Shown: one piece after another, positions 50,554 to 59,405 of the stretch
Position numbering within the stretch: the first letter of the stretch is position 1
How the letters are laid out: every line of letters starts with the position of its first letter
NCBI GenBank assembly: GCA_963525915.1
Contig: CAURKX010000003.1
Coordinates: forward strand, 29,427-93,426
Direction: 5' to 3'
Length of the DNA: 64,000 nucleotides
From: an uncultured Candidatus Saccharibacteria bacterium
GTDB taxonomy: Bacteria; Patescibacteriota; Saccharimonadia; Saccharimonadales; Saccharimonadaceae
Program-made: the position numbers and the translations under genes
The notes under the pieces: generated by a model
What the model saw: the letters and a program-made list of their open reading frames with translations, nothing else
Told to the model about the DNA's origin: nothing
The model's database searches: none

Positions 50554-50556
50554 GCC

Positions 50557-50973
50557 TTATCCATATGGGTTATACCGACGGGAAGACGGTTCGTGAAATG
50601 ATGACCTTGGTCTGTTGAGTCCCATCGGGCGAGCGTTTGTATCTGAACACGGGCGATTAAGGCTATCTCCCTCGGTCACCTGCGGCTTCCTATTTGACAA
50701 GCTCTGTCCAGTTGATTGGCTTGCTTGATATCTATTTTCAGAAGACACTACCCCCATCTCCGTTCCAAGGCGACGCACGTGGTTATGCCCATTAGCCATG
50801 GTCGAACTTTGATAATTATTGATGTATTGGCGGTCTGAATTTGCCCGATGTTTTCTGTTGATACTTCGTCCTGTGTGTCCGTACGCAGTAAAACCGTCAA
50901 TCGACCCTCGTCGAGGATCAGATAGTCTCATCATCATTTCTCGAGACATGCGTGGTTTTCGACTCGCATCCAT
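50557..50973 (-). CDS. Hypothetical Arg/Ser/Asn-rich protein
   Basis: 138-aa ORF filling the space between tRNA genes; no recognisable motif. Confidence 0.45.
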   Translation of the reverse strand: MDASRKPRMSREMMMRLSDPRRGSIDGFTAYGHTGRSINRKHRANSDRQYINNYQSSTMANGHNHVRRLGTEMGVVSSENRYQASQSTGQSLSNRKPQVTEGDSLNRPCSDTNARPMGLNRPRSSFHEPSSRRYNPYG

Positions 50974-50993
50974 ACTTGATACTCGTAATACTA

Positions 50994-51070
50994 TGGCGCC
51001 CCGAGTAGGATTCGAACCTACGACCTTAGGCTTAGAAGTCCTCTGCTCTATCCAGCTGAGCTATCAGGGC
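50994..51070 (-). tRNA. tRNA-Arg (TCT)
   Basis: GCCCTGA...GAGGA-CT-TCT-AA-GCCTA...GGTTCGAATCC...TCGGGGC-G-CCA; anticodon stem imperfect. Confidence 0.88.
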
Positions 51071-51113
51071 GTATTCACATTATAGCATCTTTCTGCTATA
51101 ATCATACAAGCTT

Positions 51114-51188
51114 GCGGGTGTAGTACAGCGGTTAGTATGCAAGTTTTCCAAACTTGAGATCGGAGTTCGATTCTCCGCACCCGCACCA
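51114..51188 (+). tRNA. tRNA-Gly (TCC)
   Basis: GCGGGTG...CAAGT-TT-TCC-AA-ACTTG...CACCCGC-A-CCA. Confidence 0.95.
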
Positions 51189-51221
51189 ATTTTAAGATAA
51201 TTCTCATCCATAAAGGGCATC

Positions 51222-52979
51222 ATGGATCCATATTTTTACACAGAAAAACCAAGGTACCGACCACACGACATCGAAGATGCCTCTGAATTTTATGACATCA
51301 TTGAACGTAGTAGCTTGACTCATCAACTGTCTAACTCCAGGCCGTACATCTACTGGACGATGGAAATTTACGACAAAGCCAACGGCATCAAAGGTGGTGG
51401 CGGCTTGGGCGTGCTAGCGGCAGACACGCGGCGGGTGGCTGAAAAATTAGACGTGCCATTTGTGGTAGTGACGCCATTTTACCGCAGTGAATCGCACCAA
51501 AAAATTACCAACCTGGCGCAGGAAGAGTTTTCAGAAACTGTCTCACCACAAGACTATGGCTTTGAATACATCGACGAGGTGTCCATTAGTTCACGTGGGT
51601 TTCCTGATGCCAGTTTGAGTATTTTCAAAAAGGTACTCGGCTCGACGCAATTCGTCACCATCTCAGAGCCAAACTTTGGACAGTTGTACGAAGGTGAAGG
51701 CTCGGGTGATCACCGACTCTACCAAGAAGTAGCCCTTGGATTTGGGGGCTATAAAGCGCTGAAGCTACTCGGCATCAAGCCAGCTGTCATCCAGCTCAAC
51801 GAAACTGCGACCATTTTTGCAGCACTAGCTCGGCTGGATGAACTATGTGCCAACGGCATGAATCTGTATGAAGCAATCGTCTACGTGCGCAAACACACGC
51901 TCTATACCAACCACACGCTACTCCAGGCCGCTGAACCAGAATTTCACCGCTCACAATTTGAAAAATTAGTACTGCCAAATATCAAAAGTAACGCGGTGCG
52001 CTGCTGGCTGATGGAGCAATTTCGTAACGATCGCTTGCGGCCGAACTTGTTGGCAATTGAGCTGACTGAAGCCAAAAATGGTGTCAGCAAACTGCACGCA
52101 CGAGTGGCAAATTTCCGCGACCGCAACAACGACAAAGTCAAATTCCACGCCATCACCAACGGCATCGACCTGGAAACATGGGTGCTACCGGAAATCATGC
52201 AGCTCTACACTGAAAGCGGGATTATCGATAAATTTGGATTGCCAACAGATAATTTTCACGCCAAGATTGATACATTAACTGCGTCAGACCTCCGCGCCAT
52301 GCACCGCGCTGGTCGCGCCGCCTTAAACCGTGTACTAGAGCACCGCAAAGATCAATACAACCATCCTGTGCAAATACCAGAGAATGCATTGTTGTTTGAC
52401 TTTAAACGGCGCTTTGCTAACTATAAGCGGCCATACATGCCGTTTACTAACCCAAAGGCTCTGCGACAGATTTTGGTGGATTATAATGCGCATTATATCT
52501 TGGCGGGAAAAGTCCATCAAGGCGACACTGTGATGTATCAACGGCTGCTTGAAATTTTACAATTGGTAGACGCTGACCCCATCTTAAAAGAGCGCGTTCA
52601 CTACATCCAAGATTATGACGAGGAGCTGGGCCGGGCGCTGGCAGTTGGCTCAAACATCGCCATCAACGTGCCGGAAGTTGGTTGGGAGGCTTGCGGTACC
52701 TCATGGGAAAAAGACATCGCCAATCTCAAATTGCTCATTTCAACTAGCGACGGTGGCGTGGCAGACATCAAGCCAATCGCCTGCCTAGAAGTTAGTGGCA
52801 AAAACTACGACGAAGAAGTTCGTTCACTGTATCTCAACATGCACAAAGCCGCACGCATCATGCAAAATGATTCACTGCTGGAAAAATTAACTCATCGCCA
52901 GCTCAAAGCGTACCTGCCGATCATCTCTGGCGCGCGCATGATGAAAGATTATCTCCACTTTTTGTTCCCAAAGCAGTGA
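51222..52979 (+). CDS. glgP: Alpha-glucan (glycogen/starch) phosphorylase, GT35, compact form
   Basis: GGGLGVLAAD, RLYQEVALG, YTNHT, NGVSKLH, ITNGI, RRFANYKR, AGKVH, EACGTSWEK. Confidence 0.85.
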   Translation: MDPYFYTEKPRYRPHDIEDASEFYDIIERSSLTHQLSNSRPYIYWTMEIYDKANGIKGGGGLGVLAADTRRVAEKLDVPFVVVTPFYRSESHQKITNLAQEEFSETVSPQDYGFEYIDEVSISSRGFPDASLSIFKKVLGSTQFVTISEPNFGQLYEGEGSGDHRLYQEVALGFGGYKALKLLGIKPAVIQLNETATIFAALARLDELCANGMNLYEAIVYVRKHTLYTNHTLLQAAEPEFHRSQFEKLVLPNIKSNAVRCWLMEQFRNDRLRPNLLAIELTEAKNGVSKLHARVANFRDRNNDKVKFHAITNGIDLETWVLPEIMQLYTESGIIDKFGLPTDNFHAKIDTLTASDLRAMHRAGRAALNRVLEHRKDQYNHPVQIPENALLFDFKRRFANYKRPYMPFTNPKALRQILVDYNAHYILAGKVHQGDTVMYQRLLEILQLVDADPILKERVHYIQDYDEELGRALAVGSNIAINVPEVGWEACGTSWEKDIANLKLLISTSDGGVADIKPIACLEVSGKNYDEEVRSLYLNMHKAARIMQNDSLLEKLTHRQLKAYLPIISGARMMKDYLHFLFPKQ

Positions 52980-52981
52980 TA

Positions 52982-54505
52982 TTATTCGTTGATCACTTCA
53001 ACTTGTGCACCCAATCGATTCAGACGCTGTGCCAGATCTTCGTAGCCACGGTTGATGGAATACACGTCACGCAGGACTGACTGACCTGGCGCTGCCAACA
53101 TTGCCAAAAAGACGACAACACTTGGTCGGAGCGCTGGTGGCGCGACGACGTCGGCTGGCTTCCAGTTGGTCGGACCGCTGATATATACCCGGTGTGGATC
53201 GACCAGCTCAATTTGTGCATTTAGCTTACTTAGCTCAGTGAAATAAATCGCCCGGTTTTCATAACTCCAGTCGTGCACCAAGGTCCGACCCTCAGCCATG
53301 GTAGCTATAAGCCCCAAGAACGGCAAATTGTCCATGTTGATACCAGGAAATGGCAGTGCATGAATCTTGTCTTTTGGCGCAACCAGTTTGGAGTGTTTCA
53401 GCGCGATGTCCACCAAACGAGTGCGGCCATTGTTGGCTGGGTATTCCTCGCTCAACTCGTACCGCAGACCCATCTCAGCCAGTGTTGCTAGCTCAATTTC
53501 CAAAAATTCAATTGGTGCTCGGCGCACTGTGATCTCCGAATCAGTCACCACGGCTGCTGCGATGAAGCTCATGGCCTCAATTGGATCTTCAGACGGCGCA
53601 TATTCAACATGTTGGTTGATCGATTTTTTACCGGTGATGGTCAACGTGGTGGTACCAATGCCTTCTATCTTCACGCCCAATTTTTCCAAGTAGAAACAGA
53701 CGTCCTGCACCATGTAGTTTGGACTAGCGTTGCGGATGATGGTCTTGGTTGGCGACAATGCCGCTGCCATGATGAGATTTTCCGTCACCGTGTCACCACG
53801 TTCAGTCAGAACAATAGTGTGATCACCCGTCGTGGCATTAACTGTCGCGTGATAGCTGTCTGGTTCTGCCTCTACCTGCATCCCAAAATGTTTCAGACCT
53901 GACAAATGAGGCTCTACGGTGCGCTTACCGAGATTACAGCCACCAGCAAATGGCAACCGAAAGTCATGGTATTGATGCAGGAGCGGACCGAGAAACATTA
54001 GCACAGTGCGAGTGCGCTTAGCAGCCGTGATGTCCATATCCTCCAACTTCAGCTTAGCTGGCGGCGTGATCTCCAGGTCATTGCCTGTCAGCCACCTCGT
54101 TTTAACACCGATGGAGTTAAGCACTTCGATGATGCGGTTGACTTCTTCGATACGAGACACTCGCCGCAATGTCGTTTTGCCTTTGTTTAACAGACTGGCG
54201 CACAGCAAAGCCACTGCAGCATTTTTACTCGTTTTAACGTCGATATTACCAGATAGTTTGTGTCCACCCGAGACGCGGAAATTAATCTTGCCAGTTTTGT
54301 TAAGCAGCATGATATTATGGCTCAATACTTCCGAGATACGCGACAACATTTCGAGACTCAAGTTTTGTTTGCCGCTTTCAATACGATTGATTGCACTCTG
54401 AGACGTCCCCAAAGCGTCAGCTAATTGGGCCTGCGTCAGATTTTTTCTTTGACGGTTTTCCGCAATGAGCGTACCGATCTTTTGGATGTATCGATCTGTA
54501 TTCAT
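52982..54505 (-). CDS. murA: XRE-HTH fused to UDP-N-acetylglucosamine 1-carboxyvinyltransferase
   Basis: N-terminal LTQAQLADALGTSQSAINRIESG; MurA SKNAAV, AGGCNLGKR (active Cys), DPIEA, INRGYEDL. Confidence 0.92.
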   Translation of the reverse strand: MNTDRYIQKIGTLIAENRQRKNLTQAQLADALGTSQSAINRIESGKQNLSLEMLSRISEVLSHNIMLLNKTGKINFRVSGGHKLSGNIDVKTSKNAAVALLCASLLNKGKTTLRRVSRIEEVNRIIEVLNSIGVKTRWLTGNDLEITPPAKLKLEDMDITAAKRTRTVLMFLGPLLHQYHDFRLPFAGGCNLGKRTVEPHLSGLKHFGMQVEAEPDSYHATVNATTGDHTIVLTERGDTVTENLIMAAALSPTKTIIRNASPNYMVQDVCFYLEKLGVKIEGIGTTTLTITGKKSINQHVEYAPSEDPIEAMSFIAAAVVTDSEITVRRAPIEFLEIELATLAEMGLRYELSEEYPANNGRTRLVDIALKHSKLVAPKDKIHALPFPGINMDNLPFLGLIATMAEGRTLVHDWSYENRAIYFTELSKLNAQIELVDPHRVYISGPTNWKPADVVAPPALRPSVVVFLAMLAAPGQSVLRDVYSINRGYEDLAQRLNRLGAQVEVINE

Positions 54506-54572
54506 GCCGGCAGTATATCACAAATGATATAATAGTACAAATGGTATAATGGGTCATATAGGAGAAATTGAC

Positions 54573-55841
54573 ATGGAAGATCAAGCAATTGAACGACTCA
54601 TCGCTGCGGAAATTGAGCGACAGCAAACGGGACTGGAGCTCATCCCCAGCGAAAACTACGTTTCACCAGACGTACTCAAGGTGCTGGGTAGCGTGTTTAC
54701 CAACAAATACTCTGAAGGCTACCCTGGCCGACGGTACTATGGCGGGCAGCATAATACTGATCAAATTGAACAGCTGGCGATTGATCGCGCTAAAAAACTG
54801 TTCGGCGCTGACCATGCCAATGTCCAGCCGCACTCTGGCGCCCAAGCCAACGAGGCGGTGTATTATGCATGGTGCGAGCCAGGCGACACCATCCTGGCGA
54901 TGGATTTGGCACACGGCGGACACCTGACGCATGGCGCACCAGTCACCCGCTCAGCCCGTGAGTATAACTTTGTCCGCTACGGCATCAAAGATATCGAGAC
55001 TGGTGAAATTGACTATGAAGCAATTCGCGAGTTGGCACTGAAACATCGGCCAAAAATCATCTTAGCAGGCTTTTCGGCTTATCCACGGGAGCTGGATTAT
55101 GCCAAGTTTGCCGAGATTGGACGCGAAGTCGGTGCCATGCTGATGGCGGATATGGCGCACATTGCTGGACTAATCGTCGGTGGTCAAGCCAAAAATCCGT
55201 TTGACTACGGCTTTCATGTTATCACCACTACCACGCACAAAACCTTGCGCGGCCCACGCGGTGGCTTGATTTTATCAAAAGGTGTGGTCGGCAATCCTTT
55301 GAAGCGACCAGAAAAAACTTTGGAAAACTTGCCAACACTCATCGACCGGGCGGTCTTCCCTGGCACTCAAGGTGGTCCGCACATGCACACCATCGCCGCC
55401 AAGGCAGTGGCCTTTGGTGAGGCGTTACGCCCAGAGTTTGCAGCGTACGCTCAGCAAATCGTAAAGAATGCGGCCGTGCTGGCAGACGGACTGAAACGCG
55501 GCGACCTGAAATTGGTAACAGGCGGCACCAGTAACCACTTGGTGCTGGCAGATGTTTATGGCAGCTTTGGTATCGACGGTAAAACTGCTCAGGAGCGACT
55601 GGAGGCCAGCGGCATCACCGCCAACGCCAACGCCATCCCGAACGACACCCTGCCGCCTTTCCGCCCAAGCGGTTTGCGGCTGGGCACACCAGCAGTGACA
55701 ACGCGCGGTATGAAAGAAAATGAGATCAAGCAAATTGCTGAATGGATCATTACGGCAATTCAAACCGATGACCCAAGTGCTCACGCTGAAATCAAGCAAA
55801 AGACTGAATCTTTAGCGAAAAGCTTTCCACTTTTGTACTAA
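54573..55841 (+). CDS. glyA: Serine hydroxymethyltransferase
   Basis: LIPSEN, NKYSEGYPGRRYYGG, NVQPHSG, GGHLTHG, TTTHKTLRGPRGG, SGLRLGTP. Confidence 0.98.
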   Translation: MEDQAIERLIAAEIERQQTGLELIPSENYVSPDVLKVLGSVFTNKYSEGYPGRRYYGGQHNTDQIEQLAIDRAKKLFGADHANVQPHSGAQANEAVYYAWCEPGDTILAMDLAHGGHLTHGAPVTRSAREYNFVRYGIKDIETGEIDYEAIRELALKHRPKIILAGFSAYPRELDYAKFAEIGREVGAMLMADMAHIAGLIVGGQAKNPFDYGFHVITTTTHKTLRGPRGGLILSKGVVGNPLKRPEKTLENLPTLIDRAVFPGTQGGPHMHTIAAKAVAFGEALRPEFAAYAQQIVKNAAVLADGLKRGDLKLVTGGTSNHLVLADVYGSFGIDGKTAQERLEASGITANANAIPNDTLPPFRPSGLRLGTPAVTTRGMKENEIKQIAEWIITAIQTDDPSAHAEIKQKTESLAKSFPLLY

Positions 55842-55882
55842 ATTTATACCAGACTCAGCAATAGATATTGGAATACTTTATA

Positions 55883-55914
55883 AAAGACCCCCGCCTTACA
55901 ATGCTGGGGGTCTT
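55883..55914. terminator. Bidirectional terminator between glyA and the pilin gene
   Basis: AAGACCCCC...GGGGGTCTT inverted repeat. Confidence 0.75.
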
Positions 55915-55936
55915 CTTCGTATCCGCTATACTAAGA

Positions 55937-56362
55937 TTAGCAGTTACCCGCCTTAATAGATTCCCTCTTAGCGTTCTTCTCTTCACTCCAAGTGACAATT
56001 TCAACACCAGAAACAGGAGTGCCACAAGTCTTTACCTGAATCCTATCTTTTTCTGCGGCATTTGCACCACTAGGCTCGTCAGCCGTTACCCGACTTAAAA
56101 CATCAGATGGCACCTTTATTGTATTGAAGGTCGCGAGTTTACTTGTGGCGTTTGTAGCATCAAGCCACTCACCCTGATCCGCATGATATGATGAAATTGC
56201 GCTCAATACATTGCGCGCATCTGAAGATCGCTTATCATCTCGTGCTTTTAGTGTTACACCGTTGTAGGCAACGATTGAGATTGCTGCCAAAATCGCGATA
56301 ACAACGATCACGATCAAGAGCTCAACAAGTGTGAAACCTTTAGTTTTGTTTGAAGAAATCAT
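55937..56362 (-). CDS. Type IV pilin (probable major pilin)
   Basis: KG|FTLVELLIVIVVIAILAAISIVAY prepilin motif; C-terminal Cys pair. Confidence 0.92.
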   Translation of the reverse strand: MISSNKTKGFTLVELLIVIVVIAILAAISIVAYNGVTLKARDDKRSSDARNVLSAISSYHADQGEWLDATNATSKLATFNTIKVPSDVLSRVTADEPSGANAAEKDRIQVKTCGTPVSGVEIVTWSEEKNAKRESIKAGNC

Positions 56363-56444
56363 TTCTGATTTGCCCCCTATTTTTTGGTTAAGTTATTAAC
56401 AATTTTGATTGTATCAGAGCAGTTTTAAAAACACAAGCATTTTA

Positions 56445-57059
56445 TCATTGTGCGTTGAGCGACCTGGCATACATGATGCCGGTGTAGCTGATTTCGCTAC
56501 CTGCGACTTGGCGTTTAGCAGTCAATTTTATCCTGACAGCGCTCGGTTCAGAACTGGAAATATTGATATAATCAATCTGTAAATCAGTTGCAGAATTTGA
56601 CGACATCACGGTTTCTGTCTTTGGACGCTGCCAAGTATTTGGCGACGTTTGACATGCATTCATGGAGACTTTTCTCATGAGCTTTGAGCCAGAAACTGAA
56701 TACTCCAGGTTGTATGACAAGGCTTCTTCGAGCAGTAGCCCAGCGCTCGCCACTGAACAATCCTTTTTGACCAGTCGCCGGTCGGTTGCTAGTGGGTTCT
56801 TATTGGTGACAAAATTATTGGTACTTAGCGCAAATGATGAGTCAGGATTGATAACCAGACTGGTGCGCACATCCTCCTCCATGCGGTCCAGCACCGCCTG
56901 CACTTCGTTCTGCAGCTGAGAACGAGCAGTTGTGCGCATGGACTCCGTCGTCAAACTGATGACGATGCCGACAATACCCGCCAAAATGATGATCACCAAT
57001 GGCGATATCACCAACATCTCCACCAACGTGAAACCACGCTGAGGCTTACTGTGAGACAT
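56445..57059 (-). CDS. Type IV pilin-like protein (minor)
   Basis: RG|FTLVEMLV motif. Confidence 0.85.
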   Translation of the reverse strand: MSHSKPQRGFTLVEMLVISPLVIIILAGIVGIVISLTTESMRTTARSQLQNEVQAVLDRMEEDVRTSLVINPDSSFALSTNNFVTNKNPLATDRRLVKKDCSVASAGLLLEEALSYNLEYSVSGSKLMRKVSMNACQTSPNTWQRPKTETVMSSNSATDLQIDYINISSSEPSAVRIKLTAKRQVAGSEISYTGIMYARSLNAQ

Positions 57060-57420
57060 AGACCGCATGAGAAACTTCCTTTACTGGGTTGTCATATTTG
57101 GCAGTAGCCGTCACGCGCATCACGCCAACGTTTGGCTGAACACGGCAACGCTTGAGCGTGATGTTTACGGTTCCGAGCAGCGCATTGGTACGAGTGATGG
57201 TCTGTTCAGGGTGAGATGAACCAAAGCAGAGTTGCGATATCTCTTGATAGGTGCCTTCAGACCGCAGTACTTCGTACGCCAAAGTACTCGCCTCCGATAA
57301 TTTGCGAGCATCACTACCACGAAACACTACTACCTGGTACAGCTGGTAACCACTGATGATGAAAAGTGACGCAACAAACAATGTAATCATCAGCTCAACA
57401 ACCGTAAAACCTTTTTTCAT
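57046..57420 (-). CDS. Type IV pilin-like protein (minor)
   Basis: KKG|FTVVELMI motif; TGATG coupling with the upstream pilin. Confidence 0.85.
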   Translation of the reverse strand: MKKGFTVVELMITLFVASLFIISGYQLYQVVVFRGSDARKLSEASTLAYEVLRSEGTYQEISQLCFGSSHPEQTITRTNALLGTVNITLKRCRVQPNVGVMRVTATAKYDNPVKEVSHAVYVSQ

Positions 57421-58010
57421 CACCTGCTCTTCTCCACTACTTTCCACTCAAGGGGCTGCCCCTCGAGATGATACATAATGATATAGCCCTGGCATTCGTC
57501 AGTCAGTGTGATGCAGCGGTTGCCTGAACGGTTGATGGCAAAATATGCATAAGCACCGTTGGCATGGCCTGATGGTTTGTGCGTATTATAATCACTGGTG
57601 TAAGACATAAGTATTGAACGATTCAGCGGTGTTGAGTGCGATCCGTACTGCAAAACACCAGCGGAGACAAACTTTTCTCCTGGCAGCGGACCCTTTTTTG
57701 CAGCGTCTGGCAACTCGGAAAATATCTGATCAAAGAGTGCGTCAGTCATGGTGCTACCACCTGCACCATTGACCACATGCGCTGGATAGCTACCAGCTGA
57801 TTTGATGATATTATTTGATGAATCACGCAGTTCGCGAGGATATAATGATTCCAAATAATTTTGAATAGTCGCGATATCACCCTCACGTGTTTTGTCGCGG
57901 GTCGAAACTTGATACGACCGAAAACTAACGGTACCGATGGCTAACAGAATAGCCATGATAGCCATCACGATAATCACTTCCACAACCGTGAAACCAGTTC
58001 GTCGACTCAT
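57420..58010 (-). CDS. Type IV pilin-like protein
   Basis: TG|FTVVEVIIVMAIMAILLAI motif. Confidence 0.87.
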   Translation of the reverse strand: MSRRTGFTVVEVIIVMAIMAILLAIGTVSFRSYQVSTRDKTREGDIATIQNYLESLYPRELRDSSNNIIKSAGSYPAHVVNGAGGSTMTDALFDQIFSELPDAAKKGPLPGEKFVSAGVLQYGSHSTPLNRSILMSYTSDYNTHKPSGHANGAYAYFAINRSGNRCITLTDECQGYIIMYHLEGQPLEWKVVEKSR

Positions 58011-58047
58011 AGTATAAGCATAACCAGAAACCGGCGTCAGTGCAAGC

Positions 58048-59067
58048 CTATAATTCTAACGGCTCTTGCTCAATGTGGACGTGGAATTGATCATAGACTG
58101 CCTGAATGATGGCTTGACGAGCACATTCGAGGTCATGGTAGGTTGCGGCATGAGGATTGGTCAGTACCAACGCGTTTTTGTCATGAATTTTCATATTGTG
58201 AAGCTCTTTGCCACGGAAACCTGCTTGATCGATCAGCCAACCAGTCGGAATTTTATAAGTCCCATCTGGCATAGCGTAATTTGGTACATCAGGGTGAGCT
58301 TGACGAATCGCGTCCAGCGTCTCTTGACTGACCATGGCATTCTTAAAGAATGAGCCGCTGTTAGGCGTCACGGTTGGATCAGGCAATTTATCGTGTCGAA
58401 TGGCAATTACCGCTTGGCGAATGGCTGCCGGGGTGTAATCGGTGATGTGGTGCTCATCGAGATATCGCTGCAAACCAGCGTAAAACGGCGGCTGTGGAGC
58501 GCGGCGCGACAAACGAATGGTGATGGCCGTGATACAGTAGCGACCCATCTGTGAGCCACGGAAAATACTGTGACGATAAGAAAAATGACACACCTCAGCA
58601 GGCAAAACAACCATGGCGTCTGTAGCTGAATCATACGCTTCAACTTCCACTAAGGTATCTGCTATCTCCTGCCCGTACGCACCAACATTCTGCACTGGCG
58701 CAGCTCCAGCCGTACCAGGGATAGCAGACATTGCTTCAATCCCGCTCAGACCCATGTCTACCGTTCGCGCCACCACTTCGTCCCAAACTTCACCAGCGCC
58801 AATTTTAAGCGTTACTGATTCCTCATCTTCTGACACAACCTCAAAACCCTTAATACGATTGAGTAGTAAAACGCCCTCAAAACCTTCGTCTTTGGCGATC
58901 ACATTACTGCCGCCACCCAACACAAAAACTGGCAACTGGCGCGACTGGGCATCGTGATATATCTGTGGAATCTCCTCCGCTGTCGTGGCCTCTGTCAAAA
59001 AGCGTGCGCTACCGCCCACTTGCATGGTGGTGTATTGTTTGAGAGAAATATCTGTGGAAATATTCAT
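58048..59067 (-). CDS. murB: UDP-N-acetylmuramate dehydrogenase
   Basis: LGGGSNV, IPGTAGAAPVQNVGAYG, FSYRHSIF, NSGSFFKN, HDKNALVL, EP. Confidence 0.96.
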   Translation of the reverse strand: MNISTDISLKQYTTMQVGGSARFLTEATTAEEIPQIYHDAQSRQLPVFVLGGGSNVIAKDEGFEGVLLLNRIKGFEVVSEDEESVTLKIGAGEVWDEVVARTVDMGLSGIEAMSAIPGTAGAAPVQNVGAYGQEIADTLVEVEAYDSATDAMVVLPAEVCHFSYRHSIFRGSQMGRYCITAITIRLSRRAPQPPFYAGLQRYLDEHHITDYTPAAIRQAVIAIRHDKLPDPTVTPNSGSFFKNAMVSQETLDAIRQAHPDVPNYAMPDGTYKIPTGWLIDQAGFRGKELHNMKIHDKNALVLTNPHAATYHDLECARQAIIQAVYDQFHVHIEQEPLEL

Positions 59068-59144
59068 ATGGTGATATTATACCACCCTTGATATACTGTG
59101 TCATTTTCATCAAATGATAAGTATGGTATAATTTAACTCGGTAT

Positions 59145-59221
59145 GCACCCGTAGCTCAGCGGATTAGAGTACTTGGCTTCGAACCAAGGGGTCGCAGGTT
59201 CGAATCCTGCCGGGTGTACCA
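59145..59221 (+). tRNA. tRNA-Arg (TCG)
   Basis: GCACCCG...CTTGG-CT-TCG-AA-CCAAG...CGGGTGT-A-CCA. Confidence 0.94.
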
Positions 59222-59271
59222 TGTTCGTCATAATCATATTTACATTGATATCTTTGATGACGAGTTGACAC

Positions 59272-59348
59272 GCCCCGTTAGCTCAACTGGATAGAGCATC
59301 GGTTTCCGGTACCGAAGGTTGCAGGTTCGACTCCTGTGCGGGGTACCA
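59272..59348 (+). tRNA. tRNA-Arg (CCG)
   Basis: GCCCCGT...TCGGT-TT-CCG-GT-ACCGA...GCGGGGT-A-CCA. Confidence 0.94.
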
Positions 59349-59362
59349 CGAACGATACTCAC

Positions 59363-59392
59363 ACCTCTGCGAACAGACTGCAGAGGTTTTTT
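59363..59392 (+). terminator. Intrinsic terminator after the tRNA-Arg pair
   Basis: ACCTCTGC...GCAGAGGT followed by T-tract. Confidence 0.75.
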
Positions 59393-59405
59393 GATACCGC
59401 AGCAT

